Source: Octopus vulgaris (Eukaryota). From it: DNA of 64,000 nucleotides. The stretch covers positions 115,630,001-115,694,000 of the forward strand of contig OX597819.1 in the NCBI GenBank assembly GCA_951406725.2, given 5' to 3'. A model generated the notes under the pieces. The model saw nothing but the letters and a program-made list of their open reading frames with translations, had not been told where the DNA came from and made no database searches. Numbering within the stretch: the stretch's first letter is position 1; each line of letters begins with the position of its first letter. Position numbers and translations under genes: made by a program. This document shows, piece after piece, positions 39,345-51,654 of this stretch.

Positions 39345-39560
39345 CTTTTCTACTGGAAGCACAAAGCTTCAAATTTTGGGAGAAGGGACCAAATCGATTA
39401 CATCGACCCCAGTAGGTATCTGGTACTAATTTTATCGACCCCAAAAGGATGAAAAGCAAAGCAGACCTCGGCGGATTTCGAACTCAAAACCTAACGGCAG
39501 ACGAAATGCCGCTAAGCATTTCGTCCGGTGTGCTAAAGATTCTGTCAGCTCGCCGCCTTA
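39345..39560 (-). mobile_element. SINE family C-related monomer
   Basis: Same head and central motif, different short tail. Confidence 0.75.
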
Positions 39561-39699
39561 GTAATAATGATAGTAATAGTAATAGTAGTAATAATAATAA
39601 CAACAACAATAATAATAGGGTGGGGAAGGGAAAAGAGGGAAAGAAAGGAAGGGAAAGCGAAAAAAGGAGAAAGGAAGAAAAGGAAGAAGAGAAAGAAAA

Positions 39700-40741
39700 G
39701 GGTGGGAGAGGTTTGATGAGTTGCCATGATTGTATCGAAGCAGAGGAAAATAGCCTAGGGTGGTATATAAAAAATACCGTGGAACCACTGTTGAAACACA
39801 CGCAGAAGACCGGCGTTATCTGAAAACTGAAAATTGTGTAACTAAAGAAAAATTTAAACGGGAAATGAACCCCCCACCCCCCAAAAAAAGAAAAAGCATG
39901 GAAGGAAAAGAAAATGTATGGTCAGTTTGCAAGAGATGTGAACAGCAAGACAGATACAGAGGACCGGTGGCTATGGATGAAGAGGAGTAACCTGAAAATA
40001 GAGACAGGAGCACTCATATGCGCAGCTCAGGAACAAGCATTAAGGACCAATTATATGAAGTGCAGAATTGACAACACTACTGATAGCGACAAATGCAGAA
40101 TGTGTGATGAGAAGGGTGAAACAGCATGACACATCATTAACGAATACCCGAAATTGGTACAACGCGAATACAAACGACGCCATGACAAAATGGCAACAAT
40201 GGTCCATTGGAAGCTCTGTGGAAATCACGGCCTACAAAGAGCAAAGGCGTGGTATAAACAAACCCCAGAAGGAGTCACTGAGAATGAGAACTGCAAATCT
40301 CGTGGGATGTAATGATATAGTGCAATCACCTGACTCAAACATAGGAAACCGGACATTGTTGTGGTGAATAAAAAAGAAAGAACATGTATGATTATCGACA
40401 TAGCATTCCCTGGTAACAACAGGATTAATGTGAAAGTCGAAGAAAAAATAAACAACTACGACGATTTAAAGTGGGAAATACGAAGGTTATGGTCAGTGAA
40501 GAGAGTAGACGTGATACCAATAGTAATTGGTGTACAGGGACGTATCATCATTCAACTACCAACATGGCTGAAAAAGATCGGTGCAAGTGTGAAAATAGAA
40601 CACCTACAAAAATCAGCATTGCTTGGAACTGCAATAATTCCTCGCAGTGTTCTTGAAGCTTGACCAGTAAACAAGTGTCACCTTAGTCTGTGGACAGCTG
40701 ACACTTTCCATCATACCCAGCAAAATAAACTGTGAGTTTTC

Positions 40742-40742
<1 letters not shown>
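39700..40742 (+). mobile_element. R4/Dong-clade non-LTR retrotransposon 3' fragment (zinc knuckle plus RLE)
   Basis: YGQFARDV..ETGALICAAQEQALRTNY..CRMC..ET..HII..YKRRHD..PDIVVVNKKERTCMIIDIAFP..EKINNY..VIPIVIG; ends in (TAA)n. Confidence 0.92.
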
Positions 40743-40795
<53 letters not shown>

Positions 40796-40803
40796 TAATA
40801 ATG

Positions 40804-40834
<31 letters not shown>

Positions 40835-40912
40835 TAGGAGATGAGTCGATTACATCGACCCTAGTATTCAACTGGTACTTTATTTTATCGACCCCCAAAA
40901 AGACAGGAAAAA

Positions 40913-41690
40913 GATGATTGTGGATGACTAAAAGTGATTTAAAACCGGAAACGAGGGCTCTAATCTGTGCTGCCCAAGAGCAAGCACTAAGAACAAACTA
41001 TAGAAAATACAGAATAGACAACACAGCAGAAAGTGGTAAGTGCACAATCTGTGGACAAAACGGTGAAACTGTATAGCATATTACCAGCCAATGTATGCCA
41101 CTAGCCCAGAAGGAATATAAGAGACGCCACGACAATATAGCCAGGCTTGTCCATTGGACATTTTGCAACAAGACTGGACTTGACAGAGCAAAAAATTGGT
41201 ACGATCACAAAACCGAGGGCATCGTCGAAAATAGAAATGCAAAGATCCTATGGGATTTTATGATTCAGTGCGACCATGAGATAGAGAATAGGAAGCCGGA
41301 CATAGTCTTAATTGAGAAAGAAAACAAACTATGCTGGATCATAGATATAGCATGCCCAGCTGACAACAAGGTATGCGATAAGGAAGAAAGAAAAATCGAT
41401 AGATATGACAGGTTAGCTTGGGAAGTTTAGCAGTTATGGTCGATGAAAAAGGTAGCAGTAGTACTAATAATTGTCGGATCCATTGGAACAGTGAGCAAAA
41501 ATCTCGAGAAGTACGTGGAACAAATAGGGGCTGCAATAAGCGTGGAGCACTTGCAGAAAACAGCACTACTTGGAACCGCTCGAATACTCCGGAAGGTGCT
41601 CGAAAAATAAGAGGTGTTACCTTAGTTCACTGGTAGTGAATAGCTGACACTGTAGTACATCTCCAGCATTAGAAGCAGTGCAAAGGCGAT
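40913..41690 (+). mobile_element. Second, diverged R4/Dong 3' fragment
   Basis: WMTKSDLKPET..CAAQEQALRTNY..YKRRHD..LWDFMIQCDHEIENRKPDIVLIEK..IIDIACPAD; ends in TAA repeats. Confidence 0.92.
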
Positions 41691-41706
41691 GATAATAATA
41701 ACAATA

Positions 41707-42270
41707 ATCCTTTCTATTATAGGCGCAAGGCCTGGATTTTTTGAGGAGGGGAACAGTCCATTACATTTTATCGATCCTGTGGATGAAAGGCAGAGTCGAC
41801 CTTGGTGGAATTTGAACTCAGAACTGCCGCTAAGCATATTGCCTGGCGTGCTAATGATTCTGTCACCTTGCCGCCTTATTAAAAATAGAGTACTGGGAAC
41901 AAGCCAAATTACTACTGTCTGTATGCACAAACTTAGCAAAAATTTCTTACGGTTCGTTGTCACTTATGTGGGTAGGTCACTTTATATCACTGTATCTACT
42001 TCTGCATACATAACCTACCCCTGATATGTGATACTATTTAACGACTAAGAAATACTTTAAATTATCTAAATTAAAATTCCTCTAGGAAGCTGAAAGGAAT
42101 ATTCTTTTCTACTCTAGGCACAAGGCCTGACATTTTTGGGGAGGGTGCCAGTTGATTAGATCGACGCCAGAATGCAACTGGTACTTATTTTATCGACCCC
42201 AAAAGGATTGAAAGGTAAAATTGACCTCGGTGGAATTTGAACTCAGAACGTAGCGGCAGACAAAATATTT
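41707..42270 (-). mobile_element. Two SINE family C-related fragments (41707-41878, 42100-42270)
   Basis: Central motif matches. Confidence 0.65.
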
Positions 42271-42603
42271 TGTCAATGTTAAGTTAAATATTTCAAACTT
42301 TTTTTAAACCACAAGATCAAAGGAATTACCTATCTATTTGTTATAGGTGTCAAAAAAAAACAAAAACAAAAAAAAAAAACCCAAAAAACAAGAATAATTT
42401 CTAAATTTGTTATTCAGACATTGCAAATGCAGAATCGCAAAGTTTTTTTTTCAGTGAGGTTATCCATTCGGTTCTGCAAGAAAGTGAATCGCAGAAAGAT
42501 TTCAAACAAATCACTTTGCAGACAGACTAGAAGTTTAATTTTACGATCATGGCTTCTACGTTACCGTCAAATTTTAGAATAGTTATGAATATTTCCTGTA
42601 GAC

Positions 42604-42888
42604 AGGCGTAGTAGTGGATGTGTAGCAAGTAGCTTGCTTACCAACTACATGGTTCCGGGTTCAGTCCCACTGCGTGGTATCTTGGGCAAATGCCTTGTGA
42701 GTGGATTTGGTAGACGGAAACCATTTGTGTGTTTGTGTTTGTCCCCCATCATCACTTGACGACCGATGCTGGTGTGTTTCCGTCCCCGAAACTTAGTGGT
42801 TCGGCAAAAGAAAACGATAGAATAAGTAAAAGGCGTTGCTCCAGCATAGTCACAGTCAAATGACTGAAACCAGTAAAAGAGTAAAAGA
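42604..42888 (+). mobile_element. SINE family A, deletion variant
   Basis: Shares two deletions and diagnostic substitutions with 45548-45813. Confidence 0.85.
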
Positions 42889-43699
42889 CTTAAATTTAGG
42901 TTAGTGAAGCATGTAAAACTGTCAGACATATATGGGCCTTGGATAGCCACAAAAAGTTAAGGAATCATTCGTTTTCATAGAATAACTTATAATAAAGGTA
43001 TAATTGTGCGGAAATATGTTGGGAAACACTCTGCCAGGAGACAGCCGACAGACTTAAGGATGTAAGGGCTGTTATTTATAGGAACACCTATCGGCTTACA
43101 GAAAACGCTAAAAATCGGGAAATTTAATGAATGAAATGTTATTAAAATTAATTACCGTATTTTGCGGAATGGTAGACTCTATATCATAGAAAACGTAGCC
43201 TGGTTTTGGAAATGCCAGCGTAGAGTCCGGCGGGGACTCATTAAATGTCGGTTATCAGGCAGAATCGGCAGGCAAGCCAGCCGCGTGTTTACGCCCATCG
43301 TTGAATGAAATCACCACATAATGGTCAGCCACCGGGTGGTTTGCTGCCGGGTATTATTGTAGTACTTAACACTATGTTCTTCACTTTAACTGTTCTATAA
43401 ATATTCATTCATTTACTTATTTACTGAGTAACTGTAACTGCATTTATATCAACATTTTGAGGCAAATGAAATATTTTATAGTATAGACAATACTTGCAAT
43501 TGCTAAGTAATTAAATAACAGTCTTAGTAAAGGTTTAATTGCAGCTAGCTCTAGTAAAACTACAGTAATAACTATTCAATAAACATCGTGGAAGGTGCAT
43601 GATAATTTTCAAAGTTAATATTTTACAAAAAAAAGGGTGCCTTCTATGCTGAAATGCTCCAAAGTAATCTTCAATTTTCTTGATGCTTAGTTTTTGTAA

Positions 43700-44520
43700 C
43701 CAATAATTTTATGTATTTGCTGCTATACATTCATTTGACATTTGGTATAATAACTCGAATATTTGCCTCGAGTCTTCTGTATATTCTTCTCATTGCAATA
43801 AGCTCCACCAGTATTGAGTTCTATATATTTTGACTACCCAATTCCATTGCAAAAATGAAATCATTCAGATTATTAAAAATAGAATCAGTTTGCTTGCGGG
43901 TTGACAATGGTTGACAAAACAGAAAACCTTTCCTAATTGTATCTTCAAATTCATAGCATATCAATACAAACAAATCGAAACTTTTAGCAGCATCGGTACT
44001 TTCATCTAATTGTAAAGAATAACACTGATTTTATTTTTTACCATTCTTTTCACTTGCTGGTTTTTTAACATTATCAGACACGTCTTCTATTCGGCGATTC
44101 ACAGTGGTCTTTGATAATGAAATCATATTATAATTCTTTTCTTCTTTGTCCCCTTGTATTCTAGAAGCAATTGCTTTGGCAGCAGGTAGAATTAGTTCCT
44201 CTGATATGGTGCACAGTTCTCCACTCGTTCCCATTAAAAGAGACACATCATTCCAAGCTAATACAATGTTTTTATTACCAGAGCCAGTTGCTATATTTTC
44301 TATTGAATTTTGTTTTCAAAGCATTTCTCGCTTTCTTTTTTGAAGATATCCAACAGGTTTGTTGATGTATTCTTTATGTGTCATTTCTAAATGCCGGCAA
44401 AGTTTGGCTAGATTCACACTTTCATTTGAAAATGTTTTATAACATAGAATAGATGGTGGCTTCTTCGCGGCTTCTGCACATAAATTTCAAAGTTCATGTA
44501 TTCAATATAACATTTATGGA
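43700..44520 (-). mobile_element. hAT transposase relic (Buster/Charlie, ZBED5/SCAND3-like)
   Basis: CYKTFSNESVNLAKLCRHLEMTH (BED finger); TISEELILPAAK..ISLSKTTVNRRIEDVS; YSLQLDESTD..GFLFCQPL; frameshifted. Confidence 0.88.
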
Positions 44521-45547
44521 TTTTGCATTCACGAATTATTCAGACACATAAGCACTGAGCATTGGCAACAGTCGTTCAATATTTGGATGCTTCTGTATAT
44601 TGAAAATATTTCTACTGTGTGGTGGTGAGCTGTTGTCGAAGATCGGTCTCGTCCTTGAGAAATGTAAAATTCTGGGCCTACGATACAGAGATTGCCTGGC
44701 AAATGGGTTTCACAAATACATAAAACAGTCTGAGAAAATATATGTAATAAATTATATCCCGAAGAATTGCCTTGCTTTTACATTTATATGTTGTTTGTCT
44801 TTTAGTCAGGAGGGAAGAAAATAACCATGACCCATTACAGGACCTCTGAGACTGTTTAGAGGGAGTAAGAAAATATCACCATACTGGAAGCATGGCCTGA
44901 GTGCCTGCAGTAGAGTTAACTTCGTTAAGGGTACTCAGGGTGCGAAGTAGTGGTGTTAAACTGGGTGACGTGCAAGGCTACCAACCGTGCAGACGTTCGC
45001 GGGATTTGAACTCGGAGTACATAAAGCCGGGGCAAATACAGGAAGGCATCTGATCCAGCGATCTTATAGTCCACTCACCCACAACCTTGAATGGTATATT
45101 TTTTTCATCGATCGCAAAGCGATGGAAGGCAAAGTTGATCTTGGCGGGATTTGAACGCAGAACATATATCGCGAATAATTTTGTCTGACGTTCTGCCCAC
45201 TCTGCTAATTCGCCACCTAAATACTCTACAAGGCACAGGTGAGACATTCAAGGGATACTTTTACCACATCTGCTGTACACAAAAACATCCTATATTACAC
45301 CCAGAAAAGAGCTGATCGTCTGATTGTTATAAAACCATTCACAGACTCACTCCTATCTCTGGCCAACTCCAGCCTCAACCTGCACGAACCACTTACCCCA
45401 ATCTTTCTCTTACAAAACCTCACGACTCTGAAACTCCCTCACTGCGAGAAATATATGAATATTTCACCATTTTCCGACGGTGTTGACTTGTAATAGCATC
45501 GGTCCCGTCGGTGTCGGGAGAGCTGCCGATGTCATAGGCGCTAACTA

Positions 45548-45813
45548 TGGACTTATTCGACCCCAGGACTTATTCTTTGTAAGCCCAGTACTTATTCTAT
45601 CGTTTTCTTTTGCCGAACCGCTAAGTTACAGGGACGGAAACACACCAGCATCGGTCGTCAAGTGATGATGGGGGACAAACACAAACACACAAACGGTTTC
45701 CGTCTACCAAATCCACTCACAAGGCATTTGCCCAAGATGCCACGCAGTGGGACTGAAACCGGAACCATGTGGCTGGTAAGCAAGCTACTTACCACACATC
45801 CACTACTACGCCT
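45548..45813 (-). mobile_element. SINE family A, deletion variant (inverted partner of 42604-42888)
   Basis: Same deletions; homology continues ~20 bp beyond the SINE head. Confidence 0.85.
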
Positions 45814-46719
45814 GTCTACAAGAAAGATTCATTCAGATCTAGCAAGTTACACACACACACACACACACACAAGCTTATATGTAATAACCAATATTTTATT
45901 AATTGAAATGCATTTGCCATCCACAGTTAATACGAGATAAGAGGAATTAAACATAGCCATTCATCATATTTTACAAAACGATATGGTTAATGCACTCAAG
46001 AATTTGAAAGCACATCTCTGCAGCGACAGATTTCTGGAAATATACTGTATTTTATCACGTGATCAAGGAAACTTTAAACAGAGCGCATTGCTAAAATTCA
46101 TGGACATGGCAATCAATATTTTCACTTGTTCACCTTGATTTCGTTACTGCTCACTAAACTATAACATAGACTTACTGTTAGCATTTGATTCCATTACTGT
46201 GTAATTTATTTCGCTGCTTTGTTGAATTCTTCGTAACTTGTACACTTTCTGCAGATGACATATTTGATTGAAATGTTTCTTTAGAGCGTGAATTCCATAA
46301 ATTCTGGAACTTTCTACCAGCAAAATCACAACTCGATTTGGCAGGTGCCCACGACAAGCAAACCACACCTCTAGTTTTAGTACTTAACTGCACGTGCTGC
46401 ATGTTAGAGCTTTTAGTTGAAGTTTCACCTGATTCAATTTCGTGCTTCTTAACAGTGGAATAATTCTCAGTGGGTTGGTAGAATCGATAGAGACGGACAA
46501 AATCTTTTTGGTTTATAGGAGTTCAAATTTCACCAGGGTCATATTTGATTTATATTATTCTGTAATCGATGGATTATTGTTGCAGTCAGTATTGAGGCCG
46601 ATATAATAGATTATAACCTTTCCGGTTATCACCAGTATCTGGACCAGGACAGTCATCAGATTGAAAACAGACGTTCATAAAATATATATAAAAAATGACA
46701 TTCTGTTTATAGATTCTAT

Positions 46720-46871
46720 TGGGCTTGTGTAAGAAGTTTGCTTCCCAACCATATAGTTCCGGTTTTCAGTCCCACTGCAACGAACCTTGGGCAAGTGTCT
46801 TTTACAATAACCTCAGGCCGACCAAAACCTTGTGAGAGGGTATGATAGAAGGAAACTGAAAGAAGGCCGTC

Positions 46872-46875
<4 letters not shown>
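46720..46875 (+). mobile_element. SINE family A, degenerate 5' half
   Basis: Family match up to (TA)n. Confidence 0.75.
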
Positions 46876-46933
<58 letters not shown>

Positions 46934-46937
<4 letters not shown>

Positions 46938-47079
46938 TGTAATATGTGACAATTATTCGGTAGCCATGATAAAACTCCGAGTTTCGGATGCCGAGGTGGA
47001 AATCCACGCCGCTATCTCTTCAGTTATCCGAAACTGAGTTTTATCATGGCTACCGAATAATTGTCACATATTACATTTA
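46934..47079. repeat. Near-perfect ~55-bp inverted repeat inserted in (TA)n
   Basis: taaatgtaatatgtgacaattattcggtagccatgataaaactc / gagttttatcatggctaccgaataattgtcacatattacattta. Confidence 0.92.
46968..47028 (-). ncRNA. Type I hammerhead ribozyme motif
   Basis: Minus strand gataa-CTGAAGA-gatagcggcgtggatttccacctcggcatcc-GAAA-ctcggag-TT-ttatc. Confidence 0.7.
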
Positions 47080-47147
47080 CAGATAAATTCCTCTATTTAC
47101 ATAATATCAAGGTCTCTTTCTTTCTTTTATTGTCTTACCATTTTTGT

Positions 47148-47205
<58 letters not shown>

Positions 47206-47323
47206 AATATTAGGGAATAAATCCAAATTTACAGGGAAAAATCAGATTTAGGATTGAATCCAATTTTATAGTAAAATATAATATAATATTATTTGATTTG
47301 CATAATAGTGGTTTTGTCTCTAA

Positions 47324-47397
<74 letters not shown>

Positions 47398-47399
47398 TC

Positions 47400-47822
47400 G
47401 ACTGGTTATATGTCCCATTATTAGACAATTTTCTTTAGTCATCGCACGGTGATCGCTTATAAGCTTTAAGCTTATAAAATACTAATATTAATATTACTTA
47501 CAGAATTGTAAACATCGACACTGCTTAACAAAAACTATAGCAGTAAGAGCACATGAAAGTTTGTTTAGAAAAGCAACACTACGAACTAATTATAGTTCTT
47601 AAATCTGACGGAAAGAAGCAAGGTTGTACGTTGATATAAATGGCTAGCACACTTGTCGCGAAAACGAAGAGATGTGGGTTCGAGTCCCATGCGAACGGGA
47701 AAACTTATTTTTCCGTCGAGGACTTATATGCTCCATTATTAGACTATTTTCATTAGTCATTGCATGGTGATCGCTCATAAATGTGAAGCTTATGAAATAA
47801 TATTATTATTATTTACAGAATA
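47400..47822 (+). repeat. ~100-bp direct repeats (period ~320 bp) enclosing a tRNA-like segment
   Basis: 47400-47510 resembles 47721-47822; tRNA-like stretch ~47628-47697 with gggttcgagtccc T-arm/B box. Confidence 0.6.
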
Positions 47823-47849
47823 TTCACTCATCAGCCACTCCTACGCCTA

Positions 47850-48230
47850 TAGGTGTAGGAGTGGCTGTGTGGTAAGTCTAGGCGTAGATGTGACTGTGTG
47901 GTAAGTAGTTTGCTTACTAACCACATGGTTCCGGGTTCAGTCCCACTGCGTGGCATCTTGGGCAAGTGTCTTCTACTAGAGCCCCGGGCCGACCAAAGCC
48001 TTGTGACTGGATTTGGTAAACGGAAGCTGAAAGAAGCCCGTCGTATATATGTATGTGTTTGTGTGCCTGTGTTTGTCCCCCAACATCGCTTGACAACCAA
48101 TACCGGTGTGTTTACGTCCCAGTAACATAGCGGTTCGGCAAAAGAGACCGATAAAAGTCCTGGGGTCGATTTACTCGACTAAAGGCGGAGCCCCAGCATG
48201 GCCACAGTCACATGACTGAAACAACTAAAA
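47850..48230 (+). mobile_element. SINE family A with duplicated and inverted 5' end
   Basis: Palindrome cagccactcctacgcctataggtgtaggagtggctg, then a second head copy. Confidence 0.85.
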
Positions 48231-48367
48231 TATGCACAACTAGAAGTACAATGTAGTCATTATAAGTCATGTAACAATAATGTAATATTTAAGCTTACTG
48301 AAATGTGTTAATGATGTTATGTGTTAATGATGTTATGGATGTTATTTATAATAGAACGCACAAATCA

Positions 48368-48779
48368 GCCTAGGGTTAAACTTGCAGTAACATACAACTA
48401 CAATTTGATGTGGCTACTCGCTTTACTGTTTAGTATACGTAACTATTCTATCTCATCTTGAGATTTTATAACTTGCTATTTTGCTTGTTGCAAATCAATG
48501 AACGATGGTCACCTTGTTTACAATATAACACTGGCAGAAGCGGATCCTAGCTATCACTCCAGTGCGCAGGTGTGCGCGGCTGATGATGAGCTCGAAATAG
48601 GGCCAGGCCCGCGATCCTGTTAGCTGCTGGAGGGCAGTAGGGGTTTGCTCCCTCTGCTAGCAATGTATTGTATATAAAGGGTGCAGAGCCGTTGCACCGA
48701 AACCAGCTGGTGGAGAGTTTGCCTGGGGTTAAACTAGTGGTAACATTCAACTGTCACTTGGATGTGGCTACTCGGTTTA

Positions 48780-48785
<6 letters not shown>
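48368..48785 (+). mobile_element. Putative retrozyme/PLE-LTR-like relic: ~65-bp direct repeats (period ~353 bp) with two degenerate hammerhead motifs
   Basis: 48368-48430 resembles 48721-48785; cgcgg-CTGATGA-tgagctc-GAAA...ccgcg at 48575-48613; ggtgca/tgcacc-GAAA-ccagctgg-T at 48680-48711. Confidence 0.55.
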
Positions 48786-48822
<37 letters not shown>

Positions 48823-49071
48823 CAGCGAACACCCACCATGGGTCATCACAATTGCTTAAGGTAAAAATGAATTCCTCGCTCTTTCGGAAACATCAATCTT
48901 CTGTATTGACTGCTTTCCACCACTTTGATCTGTTTTTTGTATTGAATACGTATCGCCACCGTGGGCCACTGCATCGAACACTTTAAACATATAGCATGAA
49001 TGAACTTACTTCAAACTATATATCAACTATACATGAACTCTAAGATGTCTGACTCCGTTGTGTATTATAAA

Positions 49072-49454
49072 CTAGCAGTATCGCCCGGCGTTGCTCAGGT
49101 TTGTAAGGGAAATAACTATAAAGCATTTTTAGAGAGTTATAGCCAAAAAATAGCAAAAAAATGGAAAAAAAATGATGGTAAATTTTTTTGAGAGTTAAAA
49201 AAGGTGGAGTTGCGTCCCCTAGACGGTCTGTGGTTTGGGTTTCTGATTCTCGACCCCATGTCGAATTTATCGATTTTTTTCAGAACTGGGGGAACTTTTC
49301 AAAATTTTCGCTGCGTTAGTTTTGAATTATGACATTGGGCTATGTGTGTGTCAAGTTTCATCAGAATCGGTTGAAAGCCGTGGTCAGAGTGAGGGTACGA
49401 GAAAACAGACACACAGAAAACGCACAGACAAACTGCCGTTTATATAGAGAGAGA
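49072..49454 (-). mobile_element. Non-autonomous Helitron, second copy
   Basis: Reverse complement of 26596-26973 with few differences; TC...CTAG ends. Confidence 0.85.
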
Positions 49455-49607
49455 TGAATTTCTTGTGTTTGACGGCATGAGCTGTCTTTTTTTATATATA
49501 ACTTTTTTTGATAAGGTTCATTTCAGGAACTGAAACATGTTATAATGTATATATAAAAATTAAAAATTGTATAATATAGCAGCATTTTCAAACTTCATTT
49601 TTTACAA

Positions 49608-49645
<38 letters not shown>

Positions 49646-49655
49646 GTGTGTGTGT

Positions 49656-49983
49656 GAGGCGCAATGGCCCAGTGATTAGGGCTGCGGACTCGCGGTCATA
49701 GAATCGCGGTTTCGATTCCCAGACCGGGAGATGTGAGTGTTTATTGAGCGAAAACACCTAAATCATCTCCACAAGGCTCCGGCAGCGGGTGGTGACGAAC
49801 CCTGCTGTACTCTTTTACCACAACTTTCTCTCAGTCTTTCTTCCTGTTTCTGCTGTACCTGTAATTCAAGAACCACGTTAAGGGTACACGTGTCTGTGGA
49901 GTGCTCAGCCACTTGCACGTTAATTTCACGAGTAGGCTGTTCTGTTGATCGAATCAACAGGGACCCTCGTCGCCGTAAACGAC
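49656..49983 (+). mobile_element. SINE family B with internal deletion
   Basis: Family match. Confidence 0.85.
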
Positions 49984-51654
49984 AGATTATGTTAGTGTGT
50001 GTGAGTATATGGTTTACTGTTCCGTTAAGGTAAGATATAAAAAAAAAGCTCTCCATCCAGTGAGCAATATCATTTAATGTACACAGATTTAAAGATACGA
50101 GGTACTAGTAGTTTCTTAGTGTGAAGGCAAGTGACTAGGTCGGTTTTTATAACGCGCCCTTCATTTACAAGCCACGTATATGCATTCACATACACATGCA
50201 AATGTACGTACATACACACAAATTTATTAATACAAACAGGATAAATAGAACTAAGAATATGACTAGATATATATTTCGTACCATACACGAAACTACCGGT
50301 CCTTGAGTCAGTTCGTAAAATCACACGACCTTCTCCTCACACACACATACAAGCATCAACCTAAGTTACTAGTTCTAACTGGTTACCGCAGAAACAATAC
50401 CGCAGTGAACGAAATTTGAATGCTCACAGGACATCCTTGTACAGAATTAATATAAATAACAGAAACAACGACAATACCGTTGCAACTAAACTCTGTCAGC
50501 CTCTCATGCAATCCATACCAACACACGTAAAAGCTAACTAAAATATCTGCAATCCAGATATCAGTTCTGCTTCTGACACGCAGCTATCAATGGCGCAACC
50601 TCTCTTCTAATTACCTTCTAGTCACTGTCACGACACGTTCACGCATCAAAGAACAAAATAAAAGCATCTTCACAAACTTCCACACTTCGACACAGACAGA
50701 ATTACAGTTTGTCGAATTCAACAACACCGAAATGATTAAAACAGACATAGCAGAATATATATATATAACAAAAAAAAAAAAAAAATAATAATAAAGAGAA
50801 AAAACTTAGAATCTTCTAAAGACACATTCTACAAAGCGACATTAAGCAATAACTCCTAATTACGCAACTGAAATAGCTAAGTTGATGGAAACCAGGAACA
50901 ATTTCAAAGGAAATAACATAAACATAGAAAATAAACCAAAGAAAAAAACTGGAAAATATTTGTATCGAATATAAACCACAAAACAAGCATTAACACACTA
51001 CGCAAAGAAATTAGTAGCACTAGAAACTCCGACAAAGGTCACATTCCACATCAAAATAATTATTTAAAATGCTATAGATATACTCTAACAACTAGAAAAC
51101 TTAGCTAGTTACCAAAACCACATAAAAAGATCGAAATATAAAACTAGAGGTTCGTATTTCTCAGCTGGGCAAAACTGCAAAATACCAAGAATCTCGAAAT
51201 TCGGAATAGTTAATACAATTTTAAAGCTTCTCACCTTCTCCACAAGAAGCCGAAGTAACCCCAGACAGATTCTCCTATGCACGCCCTAAAATATATTAAA
51301 GAAATACGTGATATTATAGGTGCTACATAGCTGAGTTGCTAAGTAGTGCGTTTTGCAGCCAACTGTTTTCGGGTTGAGTGTCGCTGTGCGGAGCCTTGAG
51401 TAAGTGTCTTCTACTATAACTCTGGGACGACCAATACCGTGTTAGTGAATTTGGAAGAGGGAAACAGTGTGGAAGCCCGTCGTATATATGCGCTCAATCA
51501 ACTCATTCCTGACTAAAGTCGTGTCGTCATGCAACCGACTACCTACGTACGATGGGTTTGGATCCGTCAGAGCTGACCGAGGCTACACAACAGCAACAGC
51601 AACGACGATGAAACGAAACAAAAAGGTATCAGCCACACCATATTTTGAACAACC

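Noticed and set aside
43700-44520. Domesticated ZBED5/SCAND3-type host gene
   Set aside because: Frameshifts, stops and truncation indicate a dead transposon.
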